The notes below the pieces were generated by a model. It saw nothing but the letters and a program-made list of their open reading frames with translations, was not told where the DNA came from and searched no databases. This document shows positions 29,601 to 39,478 of a stretch of 64,000 bases of DNA, one piece after another; within the stretch, counting starts at the first letter, position 1; each line of letters opens with the position of its first letter. The position numbers were made by a program, and so were the translations under genes. The DNA comes from a virus: the IMG/VR virus record IMGVR_UViG_3300025598_000020, one strand, 5' to 3'.

Positions 29601-32587
29601 GAACCAGTGAAACCATCAACCAAGTAACCATTCTTAAACAACAAGTTCAAACCAGTTGAATCGGTTACACTAGAACCAGTAACTTGATTTTCCAATATGG
29701 ACAGAGCCGTAAATTGTTCCAAATTACCAATACGTTTGTCTAACACACCAATATCACGCATGGAATATTTACGAATGATATTAGGTGTTACAACAATATC
29801 ACCTTTAGAGAATGTATATGGTGCGTAATTGAGTGTAAACAGCGTCAATGTTCCAGGAACATCAGAAGGTGTTACAGGATTTGTATAAGAACTTGTGCCA
29901 GTAATTGTTTTGAATTGACCATTAGGATACAATACAATCTTATCTGTTCTAGACAAATAATAACCATAAGTTGCTGTGATGAATTCATTAGCAAATGGTG
30001 ATGGCAATTGGAATGTACTTAAACCAGTTTGGCCAACACCATCTGTTCTACGTGGTCTAAAGTCAATAACATCTCTCAGATTATATGTGGTACCATACTG
30101 TTGAGATGTGAATGATGGAATATTTGGATAAGAAACAGGATATGAATTCACATCAAAGAATCCTGTACCACCTGAATGTGTAAAATAAGTTAGAGTTACA
30201 ACAACATTACCTTTTGCTGCGCCACTAATATTTGTGATTTTACCATGGTCATAGAATGTGTCTCTTTGACCATTGTCTAATGTGTAATTTGCAATATTGT
30301 TTGAAATTTGCGACCACACAGTTACAATTGTATTTGGTGTATTGGCTACATTGGTATTTGCTGTAGACATGTAAACATGACCATCAGTAAATGAAACATA
30401 TGTGTTGCTAGAATAAATTGCGGTATTAGACCATGCACCAACATAGTTGGCTGTGTTGCCTAACTCATAAACACCAACATAATTATAAACATCAGAGTAA
30501 CCAACATCAATTGCTGTGTTTAATGTATTTGCAGAAACAAGAACTGCAACATTTGCTTGTAGTGTTTTACTCTTGATTGTATCGTTTGTTACACCAACTG
30601 TTGCATAGATTGTAGCAGAACCACCAAATCCGCCACCAATATTGATTGTGGCTTGTGGTGTTGCAGCACTATTATTGATTGTGATAGTTACGTTGGCACT
30701 GTCCATTGGAATAAATTGACCAGCAGTATAACTTCCACTTGTTGATGTTGCTACAACAGCAAAATATTGTTGAGCTTGAGATGAACTGATTGTTCCTGTA
30801 CCTGGATAGAACTGTTCATTAGTACCATTTGATGTAATTGTATATGAACCGTTTGTAAAACTTGTAGCAGTAAAATATCTGCGTGTACTATAGTTTACAG
30901 AGGAAACATTTGAGATGTTTGTCTGTGGCAATGGGAAAATCAAAGATTGATATGTATTATCAACTAAGTTGGCTGATGCAACTGTATTTGCTGAGAATGT
31001 AACACTTGAATAATTGTTTGCAGAACCGGGGATAATGAATGATTGTACGTTTGAGAATGAGTTGTTGGCCAACTTGACATCAAACATAAATGCTTTATAT
31101 GCAGTGTTTGCCAAAGTGCCGCTATCATAATCAAAATCACGAATACGAGCATATCCAATTTTTGTATTTGTGTTGGCTGTGCCAAAATGCACATTGTGTA
31201 ATTCTACTTGTGTACCAACTTGGAAGTTAGGTATTTCACCATTCAAATTTTTAATTGTGGTGTAATTACCATAATATGTGTCAATTTGCTGGGCTGATAG
31301 AACATTGATATCTCTTGCTTTGCTCAATACATAATTTGTCGGTGCACGATGTTCTACTGGATAACCATTTAGATAAACTTTACCTGCACTAATTGAAGAA
31401 AAGAATACATTAGATGTTGCATTACTTCCTGGAACACTATCAACAACTCTTAGGTTAAAAGGTTTAACAATGAAATCACCAGAAGTATCAGATACAGATT
31501 GAGCAATTGCTGCCGAAACATCAGTTAACACTGGAACATTTACAATATCTTCAACAGTACCAGCATTAATTCTAACCAATTCAATAAATTTACCATTAGT
31601 TAAGTTACCAAAAGCAATTGTTTGGTCACTTACATATGGTTGTGATGCAAGTACAAGTTGAATGCTGTAACGATCCGCACCGGGAGCTTGATAGTTAGAT
31701 GCACCAATTGCAGGATCCAACAAAGAAGGATCGGATGTAGAATCTATAATTGTTTCTTCTACTGTGTAACCAACAACAACAGATGGATATACACTTAAAG
31801 AATTAGGAACAATAGATGATGCATATGATTCAACAAAAACTCCATTGGTGAACCAAACACCAGCATCAATACTTACTTCCATAGCCTTAACAGAAATGTT
31901 ATTTGTGATAACAACTGCTGCATTAGTTACATCACTTGTTAGTGGTTTATTTACTGTAAGTGATGAAGATGAATCAATAGAAACAACTGTGGCTAAAAAA
32001 TTGATAGAAGAAATACTAATAGTATCACCAACACTAATACCAGATGTGGTCATTGATAGTGACTGTGATAGATAAGTTCCAGTAACCGTTCTGTTGATAG
32101 TTGCTGTTGTTAGTGTAGTTGAAGTGAACTGTGGAGTAACTATAGAATTCAAAGAATTCAATGCATCAATTTTGGATGTATAGAAATTGATGGTTTCTCC
32201 AGATGCAAAAGCGGAACCGTTGGAGATATTGATTAGTTTTGTAATGATATAGTAATTTGAAGTATCAACACTATTGACGTAACCAATAAAACCTGATGTT
32301 GCACCAACAACATATAGACCAGTCACATTATTGATAATTGTTGATGCGGATGCAACAAGCTTAGCAGTAACAACATTTGTATCAACTGTGATGTTACCAC
32401 CAGAAACTTTGGAACCATCAGCATAAACGCCTAAACCAAACTTAGAAATTTGGTCTTGTAGTATTGATTGAGATTGTGTTAGTTCTCTTGCCTGTACCGC
32501 ATATCCTGGCTTAAAAAGAATACGATAGAAATTCTTTTTAGGATCAAAATCGTCATAATATGGTGATACGTCAAAATCGAGTGCCAT
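26609..32587 (-). CDS. Large virion structural protein, VrlC/DUF4815-like
   Basis: PYYDDFD..YRILFKPGYAVQARELTQ; APGADRY; DFRPR; YSMRDIG; DPLSQNF; FKSQNASTW. Confidence 0.9.
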   Translation of the reverse strand: MALDFDVSPYYDDFDPKKNFYRILFKPGYAVQARELTQSQSILQDQISKFGLGVYADGSKVSGGNITVDTNVVTAKLVASASTIINNVTGLYVVGATSGFIGYVNSVDTSNYYIITKLINISNGSAFASGETINFYTSKIDALNSLNSIVTPQFTSTTLTTATINRTVTGTYLSQSLSMTTSGISVGDTISISSINFLATVVSIDSSSSLTVNKPLTSDVTNAAVVITNNISVKAMEVSIDAGVWFTNGVFVESYASSIVPNSLSVYPSVVVGYTVEETIIDSTSDPSLLDPAIGASNYQAPGADRYSIQLVLASQPYVSDQTIAFGNLTNGKFIELVRINAGTVEDIVNVPVLTDVSAAIAQSVSDTSGDFIVKPFNLRVVDSVPGSNATSNVFFSSISAGKVYLNGYPVEHRAPTNYVLSKARDINVLSAQQIDTYYGNYTTIKNLNGEIPNFQVGTQVELHNVHFGTANTNTKIGYARIRDFDYDSGTLANTAYKAFMFDVKLANNSFSNVQSFIIPGSANNYSSVTFSANTVASANLVDNTYQSLIFPLPQTNISNVSSVNYSTRRYFTATSFTNGSYTITSNGTNEQFYPGTGTISSSQAQQYFAVVATSTSGSYTAGQFIPMDSANVTITINNSAATPQATINIGGGFGGSATIYATVGVTNDTIKSKTLQANVAVLVSANTLNTAIDVGYSDVYNYVGVYELGNTANYVGAWSNTAIYSSNTYVSFTDGHVYMSTANTNVANTPNTIVTVWSQISNNIANYTLDNGQRDTFYDHGKITNISGAAKGNVVVTLTYFTHSGGTGFFDVNSYPVSYPNIPSFTSQQYGTTYNLRDVIDFRPRRTDGVGQTGLSTFQLPSPFANEFITATYGYYLSRTDKIVLYPNGQFKTITGTSSYTNPVTPSDVPGTLTLFTLNYAPYTFSKGDIVVTPNIIRKYSMRDIGVLDKRIGNLEQFTALSILENQVTGSSVTDSTGLNLLFKNGYLVDGFTGSSVGDVKNPDYAIAIDPVSQLARPTFLSNVANYYVNQSQGTFVTSPGNKTNNQLSINNNLITFSYDEASLIYQNVATEVISVNPFNVYSFHGDATISPSSDVWYSTTTQPNINITTEDQAAWTAAVNGTGNGSQWNDWQLNWTGQPTDTIVNSSDQASITRDTTGITNAIQSQGLTSALQGGPIQVSSTTQVLSSAIIPYARSVPVSFNVNGMVPFTPIHTYINGINVDGFVTPGFTDRVYNLTISNAGSGYTNGNNLPIISITGANTSPAVFTANVSGGQIIAVNLVQTGAGYTSTPNVTVTGSNTVQAILTAQAPTQSSQLVTDINGSASGTLTIPNGVTAAAQNTASILGISLNNSANALLFPTGTLKVEWSDSIISPALSHSYATTSFYSQGTLQTVQTTVVSTRPPQATAKPQPQVVDVPNDPGPPADNGSDGNTGYQPLLFGSSTDPLTTVVTKICIDGQSIISGQGKTQGVAGYQGALVSDNGGLYTSIVNAAQSITGETAPGNASASGFGASSLASSIASLGEQIWSTAVAQGVDASTLTASSAIVQKVLASATASATSSTTANATSGAVDPLSQNFYVNAAQYPNGVFLSSVDLYFATIDPTIPVSVRIRPTVNGYPDSVNEIPGSVVYMNPADINVPSSSSITNNIGPSTTFTFDHPIYLAPGQYSLMVATNSNNYTMYSSKVGQTIYGQNATLSQLNYAASLFKSQNASTWIPAPSETLCFNLKICDFAGGTVTFDVTANSAPTTANFDLLQLMNNDLSFNGIDSISYAVKTTNLSANTLSSAVKVVPHQNYNFSARQTHSTAGDLIVEPTVTNSDRWTSPVIDLDRLNTILVQNTIKPYYSANTVSESLGGFGNGTAAARYITRRVTLNNNFQSTGITVVLDVNRQIGTKIEVYYKVLNSNDANNFDNNPYVLMNPILIPGSGVVYTDATTFTTDTYQALNISYNDITTGALYNNFNTFAIKVVMYSSNPSITPQIKNFRAIATA

Positions 32588-32596
32588 TTTTTTCCT

Positions 32597-33964
32597 TTAG
32601 TAACCTAATACAATCTTAAATTGTTCTATTCCGTCTGTACTTCTCTGGATACCACTTCTATTTTCAATGAATGACATATAACCAGAGAATAATGTATAAT
32701 TTGGAACACTATACGATAATAATGTTCTTGTTGTTCCAGAAGTTTGTCCAAATATTGGTGAGTTAATCACTGGAGTACCGTTTGTATTTATGAGTTTTAC
32801 CACATTGTTTCCAACATCGTAACTCAATATGGTTGCAGTAAATGTAGCTGCAGCCAAACTGGTACCTTGATAGATGATTTCATCACTTAGATATGTACCA
32901 AAACCTGGAGCGACCACAAAATTAGTTGTAGAAGAATAAATTGTTCCGTTTGCAGGTATAGGTGAATATTGAGATGTGGTTGGGTTAACTATAATACCCA
33001 ACTGATGATATGTAATATCTGTTGGAATATAACCACCTTCTGAACCATTAAAGTCAACAGTGACCATAATGTTTGAACAACCCAATTCAGAAATTGGATC
33101 AAATGAATGACCACCAACTGGTGAAGCAAAAGCAACAGCTGCAGCATTAGAACCAGAAGCAGAAGTAATACTTACATTTGCATAAGAATAATTGGTACCT
33201 GTGTTTGCAACTAGAATGTCGGTGATTACACCACCAGAAACTACTGCTGTTCCAGATGCACCTACACCATCACCTGTAACAGTTACAGCAATGGTTGCAT
33301 TAGCTGGATCATATCCAGTACCACCATTTGTAACATTGATTACTTCAATATCACCATAACCAGCAGAAGTAAGTAGGGGATTTGGTGTGTTTGCGCCTAC
33401 TGGAACTGGAATCCATGTTGTGTCCATAAACTTAACTTTAAGTCCTGAACTAATGGTATACATGTATTTCCATTTGTATCCATCTACACTCTGAAAAATA
33501 TTATCTGTGCCATATGTTCCAGGTTGGAAAAAAGGCATTTGTGTTGAACCTGCACCATTATTGTTCCATAGACACTTAAACACTTGGTCATAAGCATTTT
33601 TCACATAGAACTGATAGATTGGCAATCCAGATATTGAATCTTTTTTGAACATATCAATACCGTCTTGATAATAATCATAAACAGTATTTGCGGTCCAATC
33701 AATACGAGAAATTACAGGACACAAATCATTTGATGTGACTTTTTTGGCCACAAATATGTTTTTAAATACAGATTTGATGTATTGTTGGTCTTGTGTTGGA
33801 ATTGGTGGTGTTGAATCATTTGGCCATGGGTTCACTCTTGATAAGAAAACATAAGAGGTTCCCAATGGAACATTAGTTCCTGGTATAACAGCGGAAGGCG
33901 AATAGTACAGCTGTTCTATGTTGCTGATTGCTGCGCCGTAAGTAAGAATGTTTTGATTTGCCAT
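32597..33964 (-). CDS. gp8: Baseplate wedge subunit (T4 gp8-like)
   Basis: VFKCLWNN, DGYKWKYMYTI, GGHSFDPISELG, ENRSGIQRS..EQFKIVL. Confidence 0.88.
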   Translation of the reverse strand: MANQNILTYGAAISNIEQLYYSPSAVIPGTNVPLGTSYVFLSRVNPWPNDSTPPIPTQDQQYIKSVFKNIFVAKKVTSNDLCPVISRIDWTANTVYDYYQDGIDMFKKDSISGLPIYQFYVKNAYDQVFKCLWNNNGAGSTQMPFFQPGTYGTDNIFQSVDGYKWKYMYTISSGLKVKFMDTTWIPVPVGANTPNPLLTSAGYGDIEVINVTNGGTGYDPANATIAVTVTGDGVGASGTAVVSGGVITDILVANTGTNYSYANVSITSASGSNAAAVAFASPVGGHSFDPISELGCSNIMVTVDFNGSEGGYIPTDITYHQLGIIVNPTTSQYSPIPANGTIYSSTTNFVVAPGFGTYLSDEIIYQGTSLAAATFTATILSYDVGNNVVKLINTNGTPVINSPIFGQTSGTTRTLLSYSVPNYTLFSGYMSFIENRSGIQRSTDGIEQFKIVLGY

Positions 33965-33978
33965 GATGTATTTATCTC

Positions 33979-36516
33979 TTAATTACCAACTCTTAACAAT
34001 GCCCAATTCAACACAATTGCATCTGATGCATCTTGTGGTGCTCCTGCACCATTATTGTAAACAAAAATATCAAAACTACCAACACGAACCGCACCTACTG
34101 TAACAGTATATAATCCAGCGGTAACAGGATTTTGTATTGCAATAATAGGTATATCATAAACGTGTTGCACATAACTATTATTAACTGTAAATGTAACTCC
34201 AGTTTGGTGATTCAATTTAGCATTGTTCATGGTAATTTGACCAGAAATACCGTTTGCGGTCACCGCAGTAGATTTGCTGGACAACTGAGTTACCATTGAG
34301 TTTGCAGTGTATGAACTCATTACAAAGGTGTTTGCAACAACAGTATTTGCAGTTGTTGTATTTGAACTAATTGCAAACAATGAAGTATTAATAGAGGCGG
34401 ATTGTGTTCTTACATTAGTACCAGTTTGTGTGGTATTAAATGTGATTGTAGAACCTTTGCTGGAATCAGTATAGTTTTCTGCAGCCAAATAATCAATTGT
34501 TGCACCACCAGATAAAGCAAACGTATTACTATAACCGTTGCCACCCCAACGCATCAATATATCACCAGATTGAACAGCTGTTGGGTTTGCAGAATTACCG
34601 CGAGCTGCACGACCTGCAAGTAAAGGATATGCATTAGCATTACCTAAACTGTAGTTATCAATAATCATTCGTGTTGCATAACCACCATCAAGTCCACTAA
34701 TTTGCAACATTGTACCAGCTGCGGTAGTTTGTTGTGCAATAGCATTATTTGAACCATCAATTCTTACACCAGATGTTGTTGATGGAAAATTAGAATTTTG
34801 TATTGTGACTGTACCGTTCATGGTCAATGTCTGTGCCGGTACATTAATTGTAAACACAGTATTGGCATTCAAATTATTTGTTATTGAAACTGAACCATTG
34901 AATTGTGTATTTCCATTGAATATTGATTGTCCGTTTGCAGTCAAAGTACCAACACTTACAACATTACCTGTGGTTGTTAAGTTACCATTATTAATTGTAT
35001 TGCCATTGTTTGTGGTTGCACCATTATTGATAAAGTTACCATTAAATGTTACTGGTCCTGTTGCAGTCAAATTGCCTGTGGTCACCACATTACCAGTAGT
35101 TGTCATTGCACCATACGTTACAATGTTACTATTAAATGCCGTATTTGCACCATTAATAGTTAGATTACCACTAACAGATAAATTTCCTGCAACAACAACA
35201 GAACCATTAGTTACATTACCTGTACCTGGGATCAAATTGATGTTGCCGCCAGTTCCACCGATTGCTGAACTGCTACCTGATGTGATGGTAATTGTACCTC
35301 CTGGATAACCACCAACATCAGAACCAGCAGTTAAATTCAAATTCTTATTATTGTTACTGCCATTAGATGTTAAAATTGTACCATTGCCAGATACAAAATC
35401 TACTTGATTTGAAATGAGAACATAATTTGCAGACACATTTCCAGTAATTGTTAATGAACCAGATAGTGTTCCTGTTGTATTTGCAAGAGCATTGTTTGCA
35501 GTTATGAAGGCAGCATTGGCTTGTGCAAACGCAGCAGTAATACTTGTATTTTGTGTAAGTTGTATACCTGCCAAATTAGCGGCCAAATTGGCGGTATTGG
35601 AAGCTGCGGTATTAGCTGCCGTAAATGCTGAATTGGCATATGCGCCAGCAGAATTGGCTGTTGTGAAAGCTGAATTGGCTTGTGTGAATGATGATGCAAT
35701 ACTTGTATTTTGTGTTGCATTAATTGCTGTTTGTTGTGAATTAATTGTATTAGCTGCCGTAAATGCTGAATTGGCATATGCGCCAGCAGAATTCGCAGCA
35801 GTAAAAGATGCATTGGCTTGTGCAAACGCAGCAGTAATACTTGTATTTTGTGTTGCATTAATTGCTGTTTGTTGTGAATTAATTGTATTAGCAAAAGCAA
35901 ATGCAGCTTGTGAGTATGCATATGTGGCCGCATTGGTTGTTTGTACTGTACCATCAGCAAAAGTCAAATAAGATTGTGTATTCAACACCAATCCATTTGC
36001 AGTCATTTTTGCAGAAATATTGTTTGCATATTGTCCACCAACAGCAAATACTAGATTAGTACCTGGATTTGCAGTACCAATTACTAAATTACCTGTTGCA
36101 TTTGAGGCTGGACCATCAACAATCAAATAACCATCTAATGCAAATTGTGAGGTTTGACCATATAAAACCGGATTCCATTGTGAGTTATTGATACCAAGGT
36201 CAATAAAACCACTAGTATCTGTACCCACATCAGTGGTAATAACCATATCACCTGCACCAGTGTTACTGAAGTTTTGCAAATTAACTTGAATGTAATTTGT
36301 ATCAGTACCAGAAAATTGTGCAACTGTGTTTGTTAATAGAATTGGATTTATACCAACTACAAGAGCATTGTTTGAATACAGACCTGCAGCTAATGTGGTT
36401 GCAGTAAACTTACCTGTTGTATCAGAAGGCACATCAACACCAACAAACAGCGTATTGGCTGTGTTTGAATTTAGTTGTGTCAGTGTGGGTAACTGTGAAA
36501 TTTTTATCGTACTCAT
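33979..36516 (-). CDS. Baseplate-associated fibre protein (KISQL N-terminus)
   Basis: MSTIKISQLP start; ANSAF repeats; domain related to the duplicated domain of 13258-18270. Confidence 0.75.
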   Translation of the reverse strand: MSTIKISQLPTLTQLNSNTANTLFVGVDVPSDTTGKFTATTLAAGLYSNNALVVGINPILLTNTVAQFSGTDTNYIQVNLQNFSNTGAGDMVITTDVGTDTSGFIDLGINNSQWNPVLYGQTSQFALDGYLIVDGPASNATGNLVIGTANPGTNLVFAVGGQYANNISAKMTANGLVLNTQSYLTFADGTVQTTNAATYAYSQAAFAFANTINSQQTAINATQNTSITAAFAQANASFTAANSAGAYANSAFTAANTINSQQTAINATQNTSIASSFTQANSAFTTANSAGAYANSAFTAANTAASNTANLAANLAGIQLTQNTSITAAFAQANAAFITANNALANTTGTLSGSLTITGNVSANYVLISNQVDFVSGNGTILTSNGSNNNKNLNLTAGSDVGGYPGGTITITSGSSSAIGGTGGNINLIPGTGNVTNGSVVVAGNLSVSGNLTINGANTAFNSNIVTYGAMTTTGNVVTTGNLTATGPVTFNGNFINNGATTNNGNTINNGNLTTTGNVVSVGTLTANGQSIFNGNTQFNGSVSITNNLNANTVFTINVPAQTLTMNGTVTIQNSNFPSTTSGVRIDGSNNAIAQQTTAAGTMLQISGLDGGYATRMIIDNYSLGNANAYPLLAGRAARGNSANPTAVQSGDILMRWGGNGYSNTFALSGGATIDYLAAENYTDSSKGSTITFNTTQTGTNVRTQSASINTSLFAISSNTTTANTVVANTFVMSSYTANSMVTQLSSKSTAVTANGISGQITMNNAKLNHQTGVTFTVNNSYVQHVYDIPIIAIQNPVTAGLYTVTVGAVRVGSFDIFVYNNGAGAPQDASDAIVLNWALLRVGN

Positions 36517-36523
36517 TTTTGTC

Positions 36524-39469
36524 CTAGTCTAATATGAGAATGTTTCCGTCTTCTGTTATCAATAATATTCCATCTTCAGTAGTCAATTCTGGAGTATAAG
36601 GTAGACCCAATGGTCCATAAATTACTATCTGTCCGTCACTTGCTGTCAATGTTCTGTTAACTGATAAGAAACCATTTGCGTTTGAAGTGAAATTGTTTGC
36701 TACTCTAATTGTACCATGAATATAATCCACACTGGATACAGTATAAATTGTATTATTGACTTGAACTAAATCACCTGCATATACAATATCCATTAACGGA
36801 TACATTGTATTACTATAAACACCGTCATTAATAATATCATAAGAACCAGTTAGTGACACTATATTTATTGTATTAGAACCTGAATTTGCAGTAACTGTTG
36901 CAACATTCGGGAAAGTGAGCCAATAACTTTCTCTTAAATTGATTGTTGTTGATTCGGCCATAAAGTCTTCCGAACCAGTTTCAACAGCCAAATCTTCTGA
37001 TCCTGTTGCTTTCAATAAGTCTATTGGAGGTACGTCTGCTATACTCCAGACTTCAGACCTCACATTTGGTCCGTGCGGTGTTTCAATTTGAATAATACTG
37101 TTTGCATAACCAACTTGATTACTGAATATGAAAGAAGTAATATCTGCACCAGCCAAATTATTAAACACAACTGTATTGGAACTCAATGAAGTGAAGTTTG
37201 CACTCATTGTTAAACCAGAACCATTTGTTCCAGTATAATATGATAATGGAACACCACGATATACAGCTTCTTGTGCAGTTGTTTGAATTGTTGCATTGGC
37301 TTTCAATGCAAAACGGCCGAGAACTTGCATACCAGATGGGTGTAGTAAGTTCAACAACACTTCACGGTATTTGGCAATTTCTTTTTGTACCGTAATTTCA
37401 TATGTGTAATTATTGTATATTGAACTTTGTAACACATCATATGAACTTGGTTGGCCACTTGAATTTAGATATTGACCTTGGCCAACCACCAAACCGTTTA
37501 AGAATGAAGCTGTAGCAACTGCTTTACCATCACCATAGTTTCTGACACCAAATGAATTATATTTTTCATTGTAGGCCACATTTTGTGTGACCATATGAAT
37601 ACTTTTACCAAAGATATTAATATTTTGACCAGGATTTGGTTGTGATGTATAATTAAATACTCTTAAGTTATACAATGATTGTGTTGGGTCTGCGTTTGGT
37701 ACCAACAATGTTACATTATTGACTGTTGATTTATAGAGTGCGGTATATACATTAGAACCTTGATATGCAATGTCACCAGTTTGTGGTAAGTTTGCAATCG
37801 TTACATTAGACACCACAATATCTTGAACCACCAATGAAACATTTGGTGCAGACACATAATCTTCACCAGGATTGATGATATTGATTGTGGTGATAGAACC
37901 AACTCTGTCAGTAACAGTTTGGAATGTGGCACCTACTCCAAGAATTCCTGGTATGGTCAGGACTGCATTGGCTGCTTGATTGTTTGCAGAAACCACGGTT
38001 ACAACTGGTATTTGTGAAGGAATGTAACCCATACCACCTAACGGATAATGATGTGGATCATCTGGATTAGGATAAACATAACCAACATTTTGAATTGCAC
38101 CGGTTGAATTAACCGATAAAACATTAGCATGTGCACCAATACCACCACCGCCTGTAATTACAATTGTGTCATTAACTTGATAACCATTACCACCGGATAC
38201 AATTTGAATCGGTGCCAAAATGCCTAAAGAAGAAATAAATGCAGATGCATTGGCCGTATCTGGATTATCTGTTTGTTCTTGTGAAATTGCTGTTACAACC
38301 GGTGGTGTAGAAATTCCACCGCCGCCATTCAATACAGTAATAGATGAAATTGGAAATGTTGAGAAAGATTGAAATGTTAATGCATTTGCCAATGTTGTAT
38401 TTGCATTGGCTGTATTAAGATTTGCAAAATGATATGCAGAATTACCAATTGTAATTCCTAATTTTGTTGCAATAGAATCAACAGAAAAATATGTAACATT
38501 AGCTTCTGAGTTTGCAGTAGGAACTAAACTACCAACAATTGCACTTGCGCCTGGTGCATTAGAAATATTGATTATTGTATTGGGAGAATAAGTGTAACCA
38601 TAACCACCTGTCAATACATTGATATTTTGAATTGAACCAGATGTAACAGTACCCACTTCTGCTGTTGCACCGATTGGGTTTGTAGTATTTGGATTCAAAC
38701 CACCATATACAATAACAGGATCACCTGGTTGATATAGTGTACCACGATAGTTTGAATTGATGTTGATTTTACTAATTTGGCCAACAATTTTTGCAACTAG
38801 TGTCTCAGCACCTATTGTTCCTGCCGTAACTTGAGCACCATTTTTGAAGTATACTGGTTGATTGTTTGAATCTACAACAATAACACTTTCACCTGATTGG
38901 AAAAGACGTTCAATGTTGGAAATAAAGACTTCTGTTTTTGTTCCAGATAGAACAGAATTTTCTACTGTAGCAATAGATTTTGAAGTAATACCAAAAAGTC
39001 TTAGATTGTTAATTTCTAAAAAGTTTTTGTCTACTGTAGCCAATCTCAAACTTTTAGGTACGTACCAATTACCAGCAGAAGCTCTAAGAACAGAATCACC
39101 AGTTACGTTATAGTCAAAATCTGAATTGAATAAGACTCTGAATAGAAATTGATATGATGCTGGTGTACCCTTAGATTGGTACATTTGTTTTGCAATTTTA
39201 ATAACTTTACTTTTATCCGCAAGAATATCCTGCGGAAAGTATGACATAAAATCGTTAACAAAGTAATTTAAAAATTCGGCCGTGGTTGTATCCACATCCA
39301 TGTAAGTCAATAGACTTTTAGTAAAGTCTAAGGTATTACCACTTTGTTCCATCCATTCATAATACGCCTTAATGAAAAGAACAAAATTGGCGTAATTTGG
39401 ATCTTCACCAATGAACTTGGGTAGTTCATATGGTACCAGCAACGATGTTTTTTGGTTACTTTGTATCAT
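36524..39469 (-). CDS. gp7: Baseplate wedge initiator (T4 gp7-like)
   Basis: FVLFIKAYYEWME, YQSKGT..SYQFLFRVLF, LLHPSGM; position after gp6. Confidence 0.8.
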   Translation of the reverse strand: MIQSNQKTSLLVPYELPKFIGEDPNYANFVLFIKAYYEWMEQSGNTLDFTKSLLTYMDVDTTTAEFLNYFVNDFMSYFPQDILADKSKVIKIAKQMYQSKGTPASYQFLFRVLFNSDFDYNVTGDSVLRASAGNWYVPKSLRLATVDKNFLEINNLRLFGITSKSIATVENSVLSGTKTEVFISNIERLFQSGESVIVVDSNNQPVYFKNGAQVTAGTIGAETLVAKIVGQISKININSNYRGTLYQPGDPVIVYGGLNPNTTNPIGATAEVGTVTSGSIQNINVLTGGYGYTYSPNTIINISNAPGASAIVGSLVPTANSEANVTYFSVDSIATKLGITIGNSAYHFANLNTANANTTLANALTFQSFSTFPISSITVLNGGGGISTPPVVTAISQEQTDNPDTANASAFISSLGILAPIQIVSGGNGYQVNDTIVITGGGGIGAHANVLSVNSTGAIQNVGYVYPNPDDPHHYPLGGMGYIPSQIPVVTVVSANNQAANAVLTIPGILGVGATFQTVTDRVGSITTINIINPGEDYVSAPNVSLVVQDIVVSNVTIANLPQTGDIAYQGSNVYTALYKSTVNNVTLLVPNADPTQSLYNLRVFNYTSQPNPGQNINIFGKSIHMVTQNVAYNEKYNSFGVRNYGDGKAVATASFLNGLVVGQGQYLNSSGQPSSYDVLQSSIYNNYTYEITVQKEIAKYREVLLNLLHPSGMQVLGRFALKANATIQTTAQEAVYRGVPLSYYTGTNGSGLTMSANFTSLSSNTVVFNNLAGADITSFIFSNQVGYANSIIQIETPHGPNVRSEVWSIADVPPIDLLKATGSEDLAVETGSEDFMAESTTINLRESYWLTFPNVATVTANSGSNTINIVSLTGSYDIINDGVYSNTMYPLMDIVYAGDLVQVNNTIYTVSSVDYIHGTIRVANNFTSNANGFLSVNRTLTASDGQIVIYGPLGLPYTPELTTEDGILLITEDGNILILD

Positions 39470-39478
39470 TCTTAGCTA

